A model generated the notes under the pieces. The model did no database searches and was not told where the DNA came from. It was given only the letters and a program-made list of their open reading frames with translations. A stretch of DNA of 64,000 nucleotides from positions 2,170,001 through 2,234,000 of the forward strand of contig CAKKNE010000002.1 of the NCBI GenBank assembly GCA_918797485.1, in the 5' to 3' direction. This document shows, piece by piece, positions 51,747 to 60,447 of the stretch (position 1 is the stretch's first letter; each line of letters starts with the position of its first letter). Source of the DNA: Pelagomonas calceolata (Eukaryota). The position numbers were made by a program, and so were the translations under genes.

Positions 51747-53039
51747 ATGTCTTCGCGCCGGCAGTATAACATGCGGCCCGCCGAAGACACGCAAGAGGCC
51801 CTCCTAGACGCCACACCCAGGCAAGCGCTGCTCCCCTGGGCCGCGCTCGCGTGCTTAGGCGCGGCGAACGCCGCCGAGGCGGTCGAGGTGCTCTGCGCGT
51901 CCTACCTCCTCAAAGGATTGAAAGGCGCCCCGGCGCGCGCGGCGGTCTCGTCTGGCGTCTACGCCGGCATGCTCGTAGGCGGCGTCGGCGGCGGCCTTTT
52001 AGGAGACGCAAAAGGCCGGGCCCGGTCGATCTGCCTCGCGATGCTGCTGGCTTTCGTGGGAGGCGTCGGCGCGGCCCTCTCCGGTTCTGTAGGAACGATG
52101 GCCTGCTGGCGCGTCGTCGCCGGCGCGGGCGTCGGCGGCGCGACGCCGCCACTCTTCGCGCTCGCGTCGGAGCTGTCCAACGGCCCCGCGCGCGGCCGCG
52201 GCGTCGCCTTCGTCGCGAGCCACTGGATGGTCGGCTCGCTCTTCGCGGCCGTGCTCGCCAAGGCGACGCTTTCTACAAATATCGAGGTGGACTTTTCGTC
52301 GTACGACGGCGTCTGGCGCCGCTACGCGTTCATCTGTGCGCTGCCTTCTCTCGGTGTTGCGGTGCTCTTCTGTTTCAGGAGGAACCTGGACCGGGGGAGC
52401 AGTAGTAGGAGCGCCATGGAGCTCGACTTCCCGCCGGCAGAAAAACGATTGCTCGCGATCATGGCCTGCACGTTTTTTGGATTGTACTTCGGCTACTACG
52501 GCCTGTCGACGTGGATCGCCGTGCTCGTCGACAGCGCGGGCATCGGAGACGCGTACACGGTCGCGATCTACTACGCGCTGGCTACTCTGCCGGGCAACGT
52601 GGTCGGATTTTTGCTCATCGATAGAATCGGGCGGCGTCGCTTACTAGCGGGCGCGATGGGCCTCTCGGCGTGTTTCGGGGTGCTGCTCGTCGCGACGCTG
52701 GCCGTCGCGCCGGATTCGATTCGTTCGACGCTCGCCGTGGCCGCGGCGCTCTTGGTGAACGCCTCGACGACGGCCGGCTTCGCAGCTTTAGACGCTTTAG
52801 CAGCGGAGTCGTTCTGTACCAAAAGAAAAGCGACGGCGGTGGGCCTCCTGTGCGCGGTCGGGCGCGTCGCGTCGATCGGCGCCCAGGTCGTCAACGCGTC
52901 TTTATCGAAGTCGCCGCCATTATTAGTCGCCGTCACGGCGTCGCTCATGGCGCTGGGGGCCGCGTCGGTGTTTGCGCTGCCGCCACCCGCCGCCGAGGAG
53001 GCCACGGTCGACGCGGCGCGCGGCGAGCCAATCGTGTAA
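51747..53039 (+). CDS. MFS transporter (SV2/SVOP-like); start codon uncertain
   Basis: GMLVGG..GLLGDAKGR, LIDRIGRRRLL, about 12 hydrophobic segments. Confidence 0.88.
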   Translation: MSSRRQYNMRPAEDTQEALLDATPRQALLPWAALACLGAANAAEAVEVLCASYLLKGLKGAPARAAVSSGVYAGMLVGGVGGGLLGDAKGRARSICLAMLLAFVGGVGAALSGSVGTMACWRVVAGAGVGGATPPLFALASELSNGPARGRGVAFVASHWMVGSLFAAVLAKATLSTNIEVDFSSYDGVWRRYAFICALPSLGVAVLFCFRRNLDRGSSSRSAMELDFPPAEKRLLAIMACTFFGLYFGYYGLSTWIAVLVDSAGIGDAYTVAIYYALATLPGNVVGFLLIDRIGRRRLLAGAMGLSACFGVLLVATLAVAPDSIRSTLAVAAALLVNASTTAGFAALDALAAESFCTKRKATAVGLLCAVGRVASIGAQVVNASLSKSPPLLVAVTASLMALGAASVFALPPPAAEEATVDAARGEPIV

Positions 53040-53143
53040 TTGTCTGTTCTGAACTCACCACCTTCGAGGACACGCCAATCAGCGGGAAGGTTCCTTTTGT
53101 CACCCTTGACCTACCCTTGACCTTTTTCTCACACCACTCTGAC

Positions 53144-54001
53144 TTATGCGCTACTTCCCCGGACCGGTTTCGCACTCCCGGATGTTGGGCCAGCAGCATC
53201 GTCCCAATCGTATCCCGGGATGCACCCCTCGAGGCCCTCGAGCCGCGCCTCGAGCTCCTCCACGCGCTTCGTGAGCGCGTCGAAGTCCCCGACCGACCGC
53301 CGCGCGTATTTCGCGATGACGTCGACCTCGAGGTTCACCTCATCACCAATCGCCCGCTGCGGCAACACGATGCACTTCTGCGTGTGCTCGATGAGCATGA
53401 GCGTAAAGCTCTTCTCAAAGACGTCGACGACGGTAAGGGATGTGCCGTCGACGGCGACGTAGCCCTTGGGCACGATGCACGCGAGTAGATCGGGGTCGTT
53501 CACCTCGATCTCGACCCAGAGCGAGTCGCCTTCCAAAGTCTTCTTGAGGACTTTTCCGGTCGTGTCGACGTGACCTTGCACGTAATGACCCGAATTCCGG
53601 CCGTCCGCAGCTAACGATCGTTCGAGGTTCACCTTGTCATTCTCTTTCAACGCGCCGAGGTTCGTCCTTCGTAAAGTTTCCGGCGCGAGCGTCAACGAGA
53701 ACTTGGGCTGGTCATCGATGTTAATCCGCGTCGCCGTCAAACACACGCCGTTCACGGCGATCGAACACCCGACGTAGGCGCCGTCCGACGCGACCGGGCC
53801 GTCCACAATGAGCTCCGTGCCCTCGCCCGTCGTGCCGTCCCAGAGCAGCATCTCCTTGTCGGTCTGCAGCGACACGACGGTGCCCATCTCCTCGACGATG
53901 CCGCTGAAGACGTTTTGTCTTGTGGGTTGGTGCCGCGCTGTTCTGTGGTGCTGGAAGGGTGCCGCTGACGGCAGCGCCAGCAGGACGAGGAGACGACGCA
54001 T
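53144..54001 (-). CDS. ribE: riboflavin synthase alpha chain, plastid-targeted
   Basis: FSGIVEEMG, SIAVNGVCLT, ETLRRTNLG, VNLERS..SGHYVQGHVD, KGYVAVDGTSLTV. Confidence 0.95.
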   Translation of the reverse strand: MRRLLVLLALPSAAPFQHHRTARHQPTRQNVFSGIVEEMGTVVSLQTDKEMLLWDGTTGEGTELIVDGPVASDGAYVGCSIAVNGVCLTATRINIDDQPKFSLTLAPETLRRTNLGALKENDKVNLERSLAADGRNSGHYVQGHVDTTGKVLKKTLEGDSLWVEIEVNDPDLLACIVPKGYVAVDGTSLTVVDVFEKSFTLMLIEHTQKCIVLPQRAIGDEVNLEVDVIAKYARRSVGDFDALTKRVEELEARLEGLEGCIPGYDWDDAAGPTSGSAKPVRGSSA

Positions 54002-54165
54002 GTTTGCAGTGTAGTGCGTGTGTCTGTGTCTCAAAGTGCTCTTGTCACAAGCACCGCTTGGCAAGCGTGTGCGCCTCCAATAAAACGCGTCGAGAGGTAG
54101 CGTTTAATGCGCAACACGCTCTGTGCAAGCGTGCACGTGTGCTGAAAATGCGGTCGAGTGCGCTT

Positions 54166-54189
54166 GCTAGTGTCTTACATTCTGCTAGC
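54166..54189 (-). promoter_or_regulatory. 24-bp element (variant)
   Basis: gctagtgtcttacattctgctagc in the divergent gap. Confidence 0.72.
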
Positions 54190-54421
54190 TAATTATAGAT
54201 TTTGGCAGAGCAAAAGCGCATTTGTACGGACCTGCACAAGCAGGCATCGGATTAACACGTGAATTGGTCATTGAGGCATATATCTTTACGGTGAGACAAG
54301 TCAGAGTTCGGTTTTGGCGCACCGCTAGCTGCCTTTTGGCCCCTCAGACCACAGTGCTGCAGTGATATCTAGCTCGTGCCGCAATTCGTGCCGCCATCGC
54401 ACGCCAACGACGCGAACAACC

Positions 54422-55589
54422 ATGCGTGCAATCATTCTCGTAATCTTGACCAGCATCCGGGCCTGGACGCCGTCGCCGCGCCCTCGACGCTGCAACGCGC
54501 TGCGCGCCCACCCGGCCTTCAAGCAGAAGAAGGACCCGAAATACAGCCTCGAGGCCGCCGTCGAGGCCGGTGAGGCCGCGCAGCGCGCGAGCGTGCCGCA
54601 GTCCTTCGACGACGTGCTCGACGAGATGGGCGCGAGCGTGGGCGCGGCGCTCGACTCCGGCGGGGCGCGGTTCCTCGTGGAATGTTTACCGCCGGGCCTG
54701 AACCCGGAGCTCGAGATGACGTGCCCCTACGACCCGTCGCGGGAGCTCGCCGTCGTCCAGGCGCTGCTGAACGCGATCCCGCGCCGCGTGATCCGCGTGG
54801 CGTGCCCCTCGGCGGGCGACGCGGCGATGGCGGCGCGCGCGTTGGATATCGAAGGATGCTCGTTCTGTGGTTTGTCGTCAGCGCCGGGCGCGGGCAAGGA
54901 CCCGGCCGGCGTCGTCAAGCGCGTTTTTGGGAAAGCGCCGGACGTGCCCGACTGCGTGCTCGTTGTGAGGCCGCGGAACTCGGTCGGCGACCCGGTGATC
55001 GAGGACGTGACGACTTGTGTAGAAATCAAAATTCCACGGCACCTTCGCATCGACCTCCACGCCATCGACGCGACGCCTGCTGATTCCACACAGGTGATGA
55101 CCTGCGCCGAGGCGGCCGGGGGCGTCGGCGCGAGCGTCGTGCTGCTGAACCCCGACCTCGGGATGAAGGTCGCGCTCGGCATCCATCAAAAGGACCGGTG
55201 GGCGGCGTTCGTGCGCTCGTTCGCGTCTGGATCTGTGCAGAAATCAACCCGTGCGTCGACGATGCGCGGCCGTGAAATCTTGGTTTCCGCACAGGCCGGC
55301 CTACCACTTCTCGAACTGGTGCGCGTTCGCGCGGCCGAGCTGCCGGCAGATCGAGCGCGGGCTCGTGCGATATACCCATTCAGGGCAGTGGGAGGGCTTC
55401 CACGCGATCCCGCAGCTCGACGAGTTCAACGGGGATTTGAAGCGGTATGGTCGGCCCTTCGGCGCCGAGGGCGCGCCGCCGATGCCCTTCTTGCGAGCGT
55501 TCGGCGGCGCCGAGCGGCTCTCGCGCGACGACCTCGCGCGCGAGATGAAGCACGGGGCGAAGCTTGCGAAGGTCCTACGGGCTGCGTAA
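54422..55589 (+). CDS. DUF1995-like plastid protein (introns 55007-55093, 55225-55294)
   Basis: PQSFDDVLDEMGASVGAALDSG..VECLPPGLNP, VVLLNPDL; spliced FVRSFAPAYHF. Confidence 0.7.
55007..55093 (+). mobile_element. introner in reverse orientation (87 nt, stop-free)
   Basis: TSD gtgacgac/gtgatgac; body matches the reverse complement of the right half of the 40976-41117 element. Confidence 0.9.
55225..55294 (+). mobile_element. introner, internally deleted (70 nt)
   Basis: TIR ctgtgcagaaatcaa..ttggtttccgcacag; TSD gtctggat/gccggcct. Confidence 0.88.
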
Positions 55590-55645
55590 TCAGATGTAAA
55601 CAAATTACTCCAGGCTTCGTCCTAGCCAGCTTGAGCTCGGTGTTC

Positions 55646-56335
55646 TTAGTCCACTTTGAGCTCTACGTCCAGCTCGACGAGCGTCGCGCCGGATCCGTCC
55701 TTGAGGTAAATGACGCTCGGGTCGACGACTTTGATCGACTTGAAGGGTCCGAGGTTCGGGGCCTTTCGCGGCAGCGTCAGGTTTGTGGCGAACTCGGCAG
55801 ACGTTACGGCCGTGGGCGGAGGACATTCGGCGAGCGGAATGACCGGGTTCTCCGCGAAGGGTATCTCGACGACGCAGGTCGATCCGAGCGGTCCGCACAC
55901 GGGGCATTCGCCCTCGATCTTGACGGGGAAGAGCCCGGCCTTCGCCGTGAGAGACCAGCCAATTTTAGCACCCGTCGACGTGAGTGGCTTGCCGGGCGTA
56001 GTGACTTTGGCGGACACGGCCACGGTATCGCCCCAGGCGAGGTCAGCGGCGGAGCAGCCGTGCACGTCCGTGTCCGTGCAACCCGGGTCGAGGGATAGAT
56101 TGAAATCGTAGCCCGGCGCGAGCGTCTTGACTGTGCGCTCGAAGTCGATGCCGCCCGAGGCGGCGCTTACGATGTCGAACATAGGGTTCACGTGCGAAAC
56201 CGTGGACACGCCGAGGGCCGCCAGAACCAGCGCGGCGACGCCCGCGACGCCCGCGGCCTTTCTCGTCGACGTCGTCTTGGGTGGCTGTGAGATGAGGGAC
56301 TCCTCATCTGCAAATGTTTGGTAGGTCGGGGCCAT
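55646..56335 (-). CDS. type II membrane protein with Cys-containing ML(MD-2/NPC2)-like domain
   Basis: N-terminal anchor then beta-rich domain with 6 Cys; family assignment tentative. Confidence 0.55.
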   Translation of the reverse strand: MAPTYQTFADEESLISQPPKTTSTRKAAGVAGVAALVLAALGVSTVSHVNPMFDIVSAASGGIDFERTVKTLAPGYDFNLSLDPGCTDTDVHGCSAADLAWGDTVAVSAKVTTPGKPLTSTGAKIGWSLTAKAGLFPVKIEGECPVCGPLGSTCVVEIPFAENPVIPLAECPPPTAVTSAEFATNLTLPRKAPNLGPFKSIKVVDPSVIYLKDGSGATLVELDVELKVD

Positions 56336-56491
56336 TATTTTCGTTGGTCTTGAAGCTTGATCAAGGTAGAACCACTCAGTGACGGAGGGCACTAACGCGT
56401 GTAGCCAACGCGCCTGTAGAGACTCAGGACGAGAGAAATACGGAGAAACCCGTCCAAATTCGCAGGGATTGGCCAGACACACAACACACAC

Positions 56492-58123
56492 TTACTCTTT
56501 GGCGAAGAACGCAGCACCCGTATCAGGGTCGACGCGCTTCACCCACCCGCCGCCCGCCGCGGTCCCCGCGCTCGGCTCCGCGGTCGGCTCCGAAGCAGGC
56601 TCGGCCGGCGCCTCCGCGAAATGAACATGCTCCTCAGACGGGCCGAAAATCTTTGTGAAGTCGTGCCCCGCGGCCTCCAAAGCTTCGACAGCTTCAGTTT
56701 GGCGCTTCGTCAATTTCGCCTTGGACGGAGGAGGCAATATCTGGTCCAAGCCCACGCGCAGCACGTCGTCCACGAGCTTCGGTATCAATCCCTCCAACAA
56801 GGGACAGCTCCACGTTTCGAGGCACGGGTTGCTGTTAATCTCGATCAAATCAACGCGTAAATCAGCATCGAGCATAAAGTCAAACCCGAGCAATTCGAAG
56901 CACGCCTGGCGCTTCTTCGGGTTCAGCCTGGCGTGGGCGGCGTCGATCGTGTACCGCATGATGGCCTCCATCCTTGGTATGAGCGTCTCCTCCAGCCAAT
57001 TGGCGGGCGCGTCGACGCGTTGCGCGAAATCCGCCAGCGCCAGCTTGTTGCCGGCCTCGAACTTGCCGTAGGACTCCTCTTTGTTCTGGACGCCGTCATT
57101 GACCAGATGGACGCCCTTCTTGGCCAGGTCCTGGGGCTTGAGCGAGTACTTGGTGGAGGACGTCCGCACGTAGGAACAGGACCGGTGCGCGTAGGCCTGG
57201 ATGCGACCCTTCCGGTCGGTCACCAGCAGGCAAAAGGCCCGAATATCGAACTTTCTTCCGTCGATGAGTAAGGGCCTTTCAATGTACTTCTGACAGACCC
57301 AGCCGCCGCATCGCGCGTCCTTCCGCGCCTCCGTGCTCACGATGGCCTCGATCTCCTGCGTTGGGGTTCAGCAATGAGCCGCGTCGATGGCGTGCGGGCT
57401 GTACCAAACTCTCGCGGACGGCGTCGCCGGTCGCTCGCCGCGTCGATGGCGCATGAGGCGCTCTCGCAGACGCCATCGCCGCGACGACTCACCGACAGAG
57501 AAGGACGCCGGAACACGTACCGCCAGGTCGTTCGCCACCCGGATGCCGAAGCCCCGGTTCGACATGCTCGCCGGCTTGAGGATCCACAAGTTCGTGGCGC
57601 GCGCCTCTTGCTCCTCAGTAGAGTGCTTCACGAACGCCGCCTTGAACGACGTCCACTCCTCATCTTCCAGAGTGGTCACGTGGAACGTGAGGGGCATGAA
57701 CTGATCCATGGGCTCCCGTCCTTCAGTCGCACAGTACGCGCGCATCGTCCGATACAATCCATCTTTATTGACCAGGCAGGTGTTGTGCTCGAGGTGGTTG
57801 CACGCGATGCGGTTCTTCTCCCTTTCAAACCGCTTCCTATTGCGATACATCTCCCAGACAAAGACGCGCTGCTTTGAGCTATCATTCTTGGGGACGAACC
57901 ACGGTCGCTTCCTCAGGGCCTGCAGGATGAGGCGCGAGTTGTTGCCCTTGCCGACGTGGTACTGGTAGGTCAGCGGCGGCTTGGGCGCCGTCTTGTGGAG
58001 GAGCGTCGCCTTCTTCTTTCGCGCGAGCAATTTCGTCGCGGCGACGGCGGCGACCTTGCGCCGCCCGAAGCCGACCTCGGGCAGCGTCGAGGGCTTCGTG
58101 GGGACGACCTTAGCGTCTCCCAT
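56492..58123 (-). CDS. tubulin-tyrosine-ligase-like protein (glycylase-like; intron 57356-57520)
   Basis: WILKPASMSNRGFGIRV, WVCQKYIERPLLIDGRKFDIR, FELLGFDFM..LIEINSNP. Confidence 0.9.
57356..57520 (-). mobile_element. introner-related intron (165 nt) with duplicated core
   Basis: gtacgt..aacgcag; two copies of cgcgtcgatggcg. Confidence 0.65.
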
Positions 58124-58444
58124 GGTCTATCGTGGCTCGCGTCGACGGCGTCTGGCAGGCAGCCCCTCTGCTGATCTGTCTTGGTATGCCCCCGTTGGAG
58201 GGCGTCCGGCAGCCCCGCGAGGGCGCGAGTTGTGGTGGTAAGGCTGCGAGCGCTCGTCGCTTTCTCGGCTGCGGTAGGGTGCCGTACAAGCTGCCTAATG
58301 GCCTTCGCAGGCTTGGCCAAACCGCTACAAGAGGTACTATACTTATAGGGTAAGGTACCTCGACCGCTATACGAGCTTGTACCCGCACGCCCTCGACGCG
58401 TCCCAACAACGACAATCTCAATACTTAATACCACAGGGGGGGGA

Positions 58445-59056
58445 CTAGAGGAACGTCGGCGGCTCGAGCGTCTTGTTGAGCCGCACCTCGGACAATCCGG
58501 AGGCGATGTGAGTGGTCACCCAGAAGACCTCGGGGTAGCACCTCAGGAAGACTTTCGTGGACGTCCTAATTGGAGGCGGCCTTGTTCGTTTCACCTCCTC
58601 GACCAATTCGGACAGCATGACCTGCCTATTCCCAATCGTCTTCACCAATAATTCGCGGTACTGGTTCTTGTAGTACTCCAACGGGTGCCACATCCAGAGG
58701 CCCATCTCCTTCGGCCGGAACTCGAGTAAACAGTTGTTCGCCGTCAGGCCGACTCTACGTAAAGACATGCTCCACTCAGATTCCGTGATGTTCCTATCAT
58801 CTCTTTTACCTTTCGCGAGGTACACCGGCAGCACGATATCTAAACGAGTGACGTGCATGGGGTTGCCGTGCTCGCCGTAGTCCGGCTCGTCCGCGCCCTC
58901 GGGCGTGAATCTCTGTCTAAGCACGTCCTGGACCATCTTGATGATCTCCGACAACTGCTTGTCGAGCGGGACTTCGAGGACGATGTCGTCGCCCATGGTC
59001 CACCAATCCCCAAAATGGTCCTTGTCCCGACCTCTTATGATGAGGTCGACCTCCAT
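58445..59056 (-). CDS. hypothetical protein
   Basis: 203-aa ATG ORF, coding-like composition. Confidence 0.7.
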   Translation of the reverse strand: MEVDLIIRGRDKDHFGDWWTMGDDIVLEVPLDKQLSEIIKMVQDVLRQRFTPEGADEPDYGEHGNPMHVTRLDIVLPVYLAKGKRDDRNITESEWSMSLRRVGLTANNCLLEFRPKEMGLWMWHPLEYYKNQYRELLVKTIGNRQVMLSELVEEVKRTRPPPIRTSTKVFLRCYPEVFWVTTHIASGLSEVRLNKTLEPPTFL

Positions 59057-59123
59057 TGGTGGTGATCACGCGTCGATGGCGTGCAGGTCGACAGCACGCA
59101 GGCGCGCGGCTGCCGACGTATTG

Positions 59124-59262
59124 CTGCCCAAGGAAGGCTGCCTAAGAGAGCTGCCCGCGGCTGCCGGCGTCCTATCACTGCCCCCAAGGAAGGCTGCCCA
59201 AGAGAGAGCTGCCCGGCTTCCTATCACTGCCAAAAGGGCTGCCCAAGAGAGAGCTGCCCGCG
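59124..59262. repeat. about 50-bp tandem repeat x3 in a divergent promoter
   Basis: ctgccc(cc)aaggaaggctgcccaagagagagctgcccg..cctatca units. Confidence 0.8.
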
Positions 59263-59287
59263 ACAGACCGCAAAACGCCTCGATTAC

Positions 59288-59307
59288 CTAGTATCGATCA
59301 CGCTAGC
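59288..59307 (-). promoter_or_regulatory. degenerate 24-bp element
   Basis: ctagtatcgatcacgctagc in the divergent gap. Confidence 0.45.
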
Positions 59308-59389
59308 TCCGGCCTCCCAGCGCTCTGAACGTGTGCCATACCCGGTTGGTATCTTGCACGGTTAAGGCCTGAAAAATAATCGCTCCACC

Positions 59390-60415
59390 ATGCTGGGCCG
59401 TCTCCTAATCGCCATCACCGCTTGCCATGCGCTGATCACTCCCCGGCTGCTGGTCCAAAGAGCGCCAGCCCTAAAGAGCACCGTCGCCGACGCCGTAAAC
59501 AAGGGGAAGGCGGAAAAGGGCAAGGTCTCGTTCCTCAAGACGGCCTATCCCGTCGCGAGCGCGGCGACGACGCTCGCGTGGACGGCCTGCGCGATGCAGG
59601 CGCTGGGCACGCACCCTCGCTTAACCTTACCGCCTCTCCACACGCGGCTCACGATCGCGCAAGCGCTCGTCCCGCTGCCGCTGGTCTGGGCTTCTTGCGA
59701 CGCGCTGAAGGCTGCTGCCGAAGTGGGCTGGTCACGCCTCCAATCCGCCACTTACCGCCGACTTAATTTAGCGTTATGCGCGTCGTCGTTGTGGCTCGCG
59801 TCGGCGTGCTGGTTCGCCCCGGCGTTCACGGGCGCCACCACGGTCACCTACGCGTGTAAATTGAAGGCCGGCGCCACAGCTATCCATCTGGCGACGGCCG
59901 GTATCGCCGCGGGCGCCTGGTTCGAGTCGAGCCCGGGTTCGTTACTCCAAGCGCCGGGCCGCGTCGTCAAGGGACTGGCGGGGTCGGTCATGTCGCTCGT
60001 GCCGCCCGGCGGCGACAAGCTCGCCGACCCGGACAGCGCCGAGGCCAAGGTCGTGGCGCCGGCCCTATTGACTGCGGCGCTCGGCGCCTGGACGTGCGCG
60101 GCGCTGGCGGCGCCGTTCCCGACGGCGACGCTGCCCTACGCCCTCGGCCGCCGCCTCTCGCGGGCCGCCGGCGCGCACACGCTGCTCGCCTGCGCGGCGG
60201 CCTACTGCGTCCGCGACGCCGAGGTCCGCGGCCGGTCCGACGCGTCGACCTTTGTGAAGCTGCGCAAGGGCCTGCGCGCCGTCGGCGTGCTCCACCTCCT
60301 CTGCTTCGCGGCCAAGGTCGCTTTTGATGATTGGTCCCAGTACCCCGCGGCATCAACAAAGCCGATCCTCTCAGTCGCCTCGCTCGCGACGTACGCGGCC
60401 GCCGCAGCTATCTAG
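59390..60415 (+). CDS. hypothetical plastid-targeted membrane protein
   Basis: bipartite presequence; repeated RL.S.T(Y/F)..L motif; multiple hydrophobic helices. Confidence 0.7.
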   Translation: MLGRLLIAITACHALITPRLLVQRAPALKSTVADAVNKGKAEKGKVSFLKTAYPVASAATTLAWTACAMQALGTHPRLTLPPLHTRLTIAQALVPLPLVWASCDALKAAAEVGWSRLQSATYRRLNLALCASSLWLASACWFAPAFTGATTVTYACKLKAGATAIHLATAGIAAGAWFESSPGSLLQAPGRVVKGLAGSVMSLVPPGGDKLADPDSAEAKVVAPALLTAALGAWTCAALAAPFPTATLPYALGRRLSRAAGAHTLLACAAAYCVRDAEVRGRSDASTFVKLRKGLRAVGVLHLLCFAAKVAFDDWSQYPAASTKPILSVASLATYAAAAAI

Positions 60416-60447
60416 AGTAGGTTTCTATTCTTAAGATCAGGGGGGTA

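Noticed and set aside
1306..54189. 24-bp palindromic-ended repeat as a CRISPR repeat
   Set aside because: Copies are kilobases apart, in both orientations, with no spacers or cas genes, in eukaryotic DNA
54362..56098. 578-aa ORF as one protein
   Set aside because: Reads through two introners out of frame; the spliced gene stops at 55589 and the rest is antisense to another gene
1546..58123. Functional cluster of flagellar genes (p25-alpha, IFT56, TTLL)
   Set aside because: The genes are far apart and interspersed with unrelated housekeeping genes
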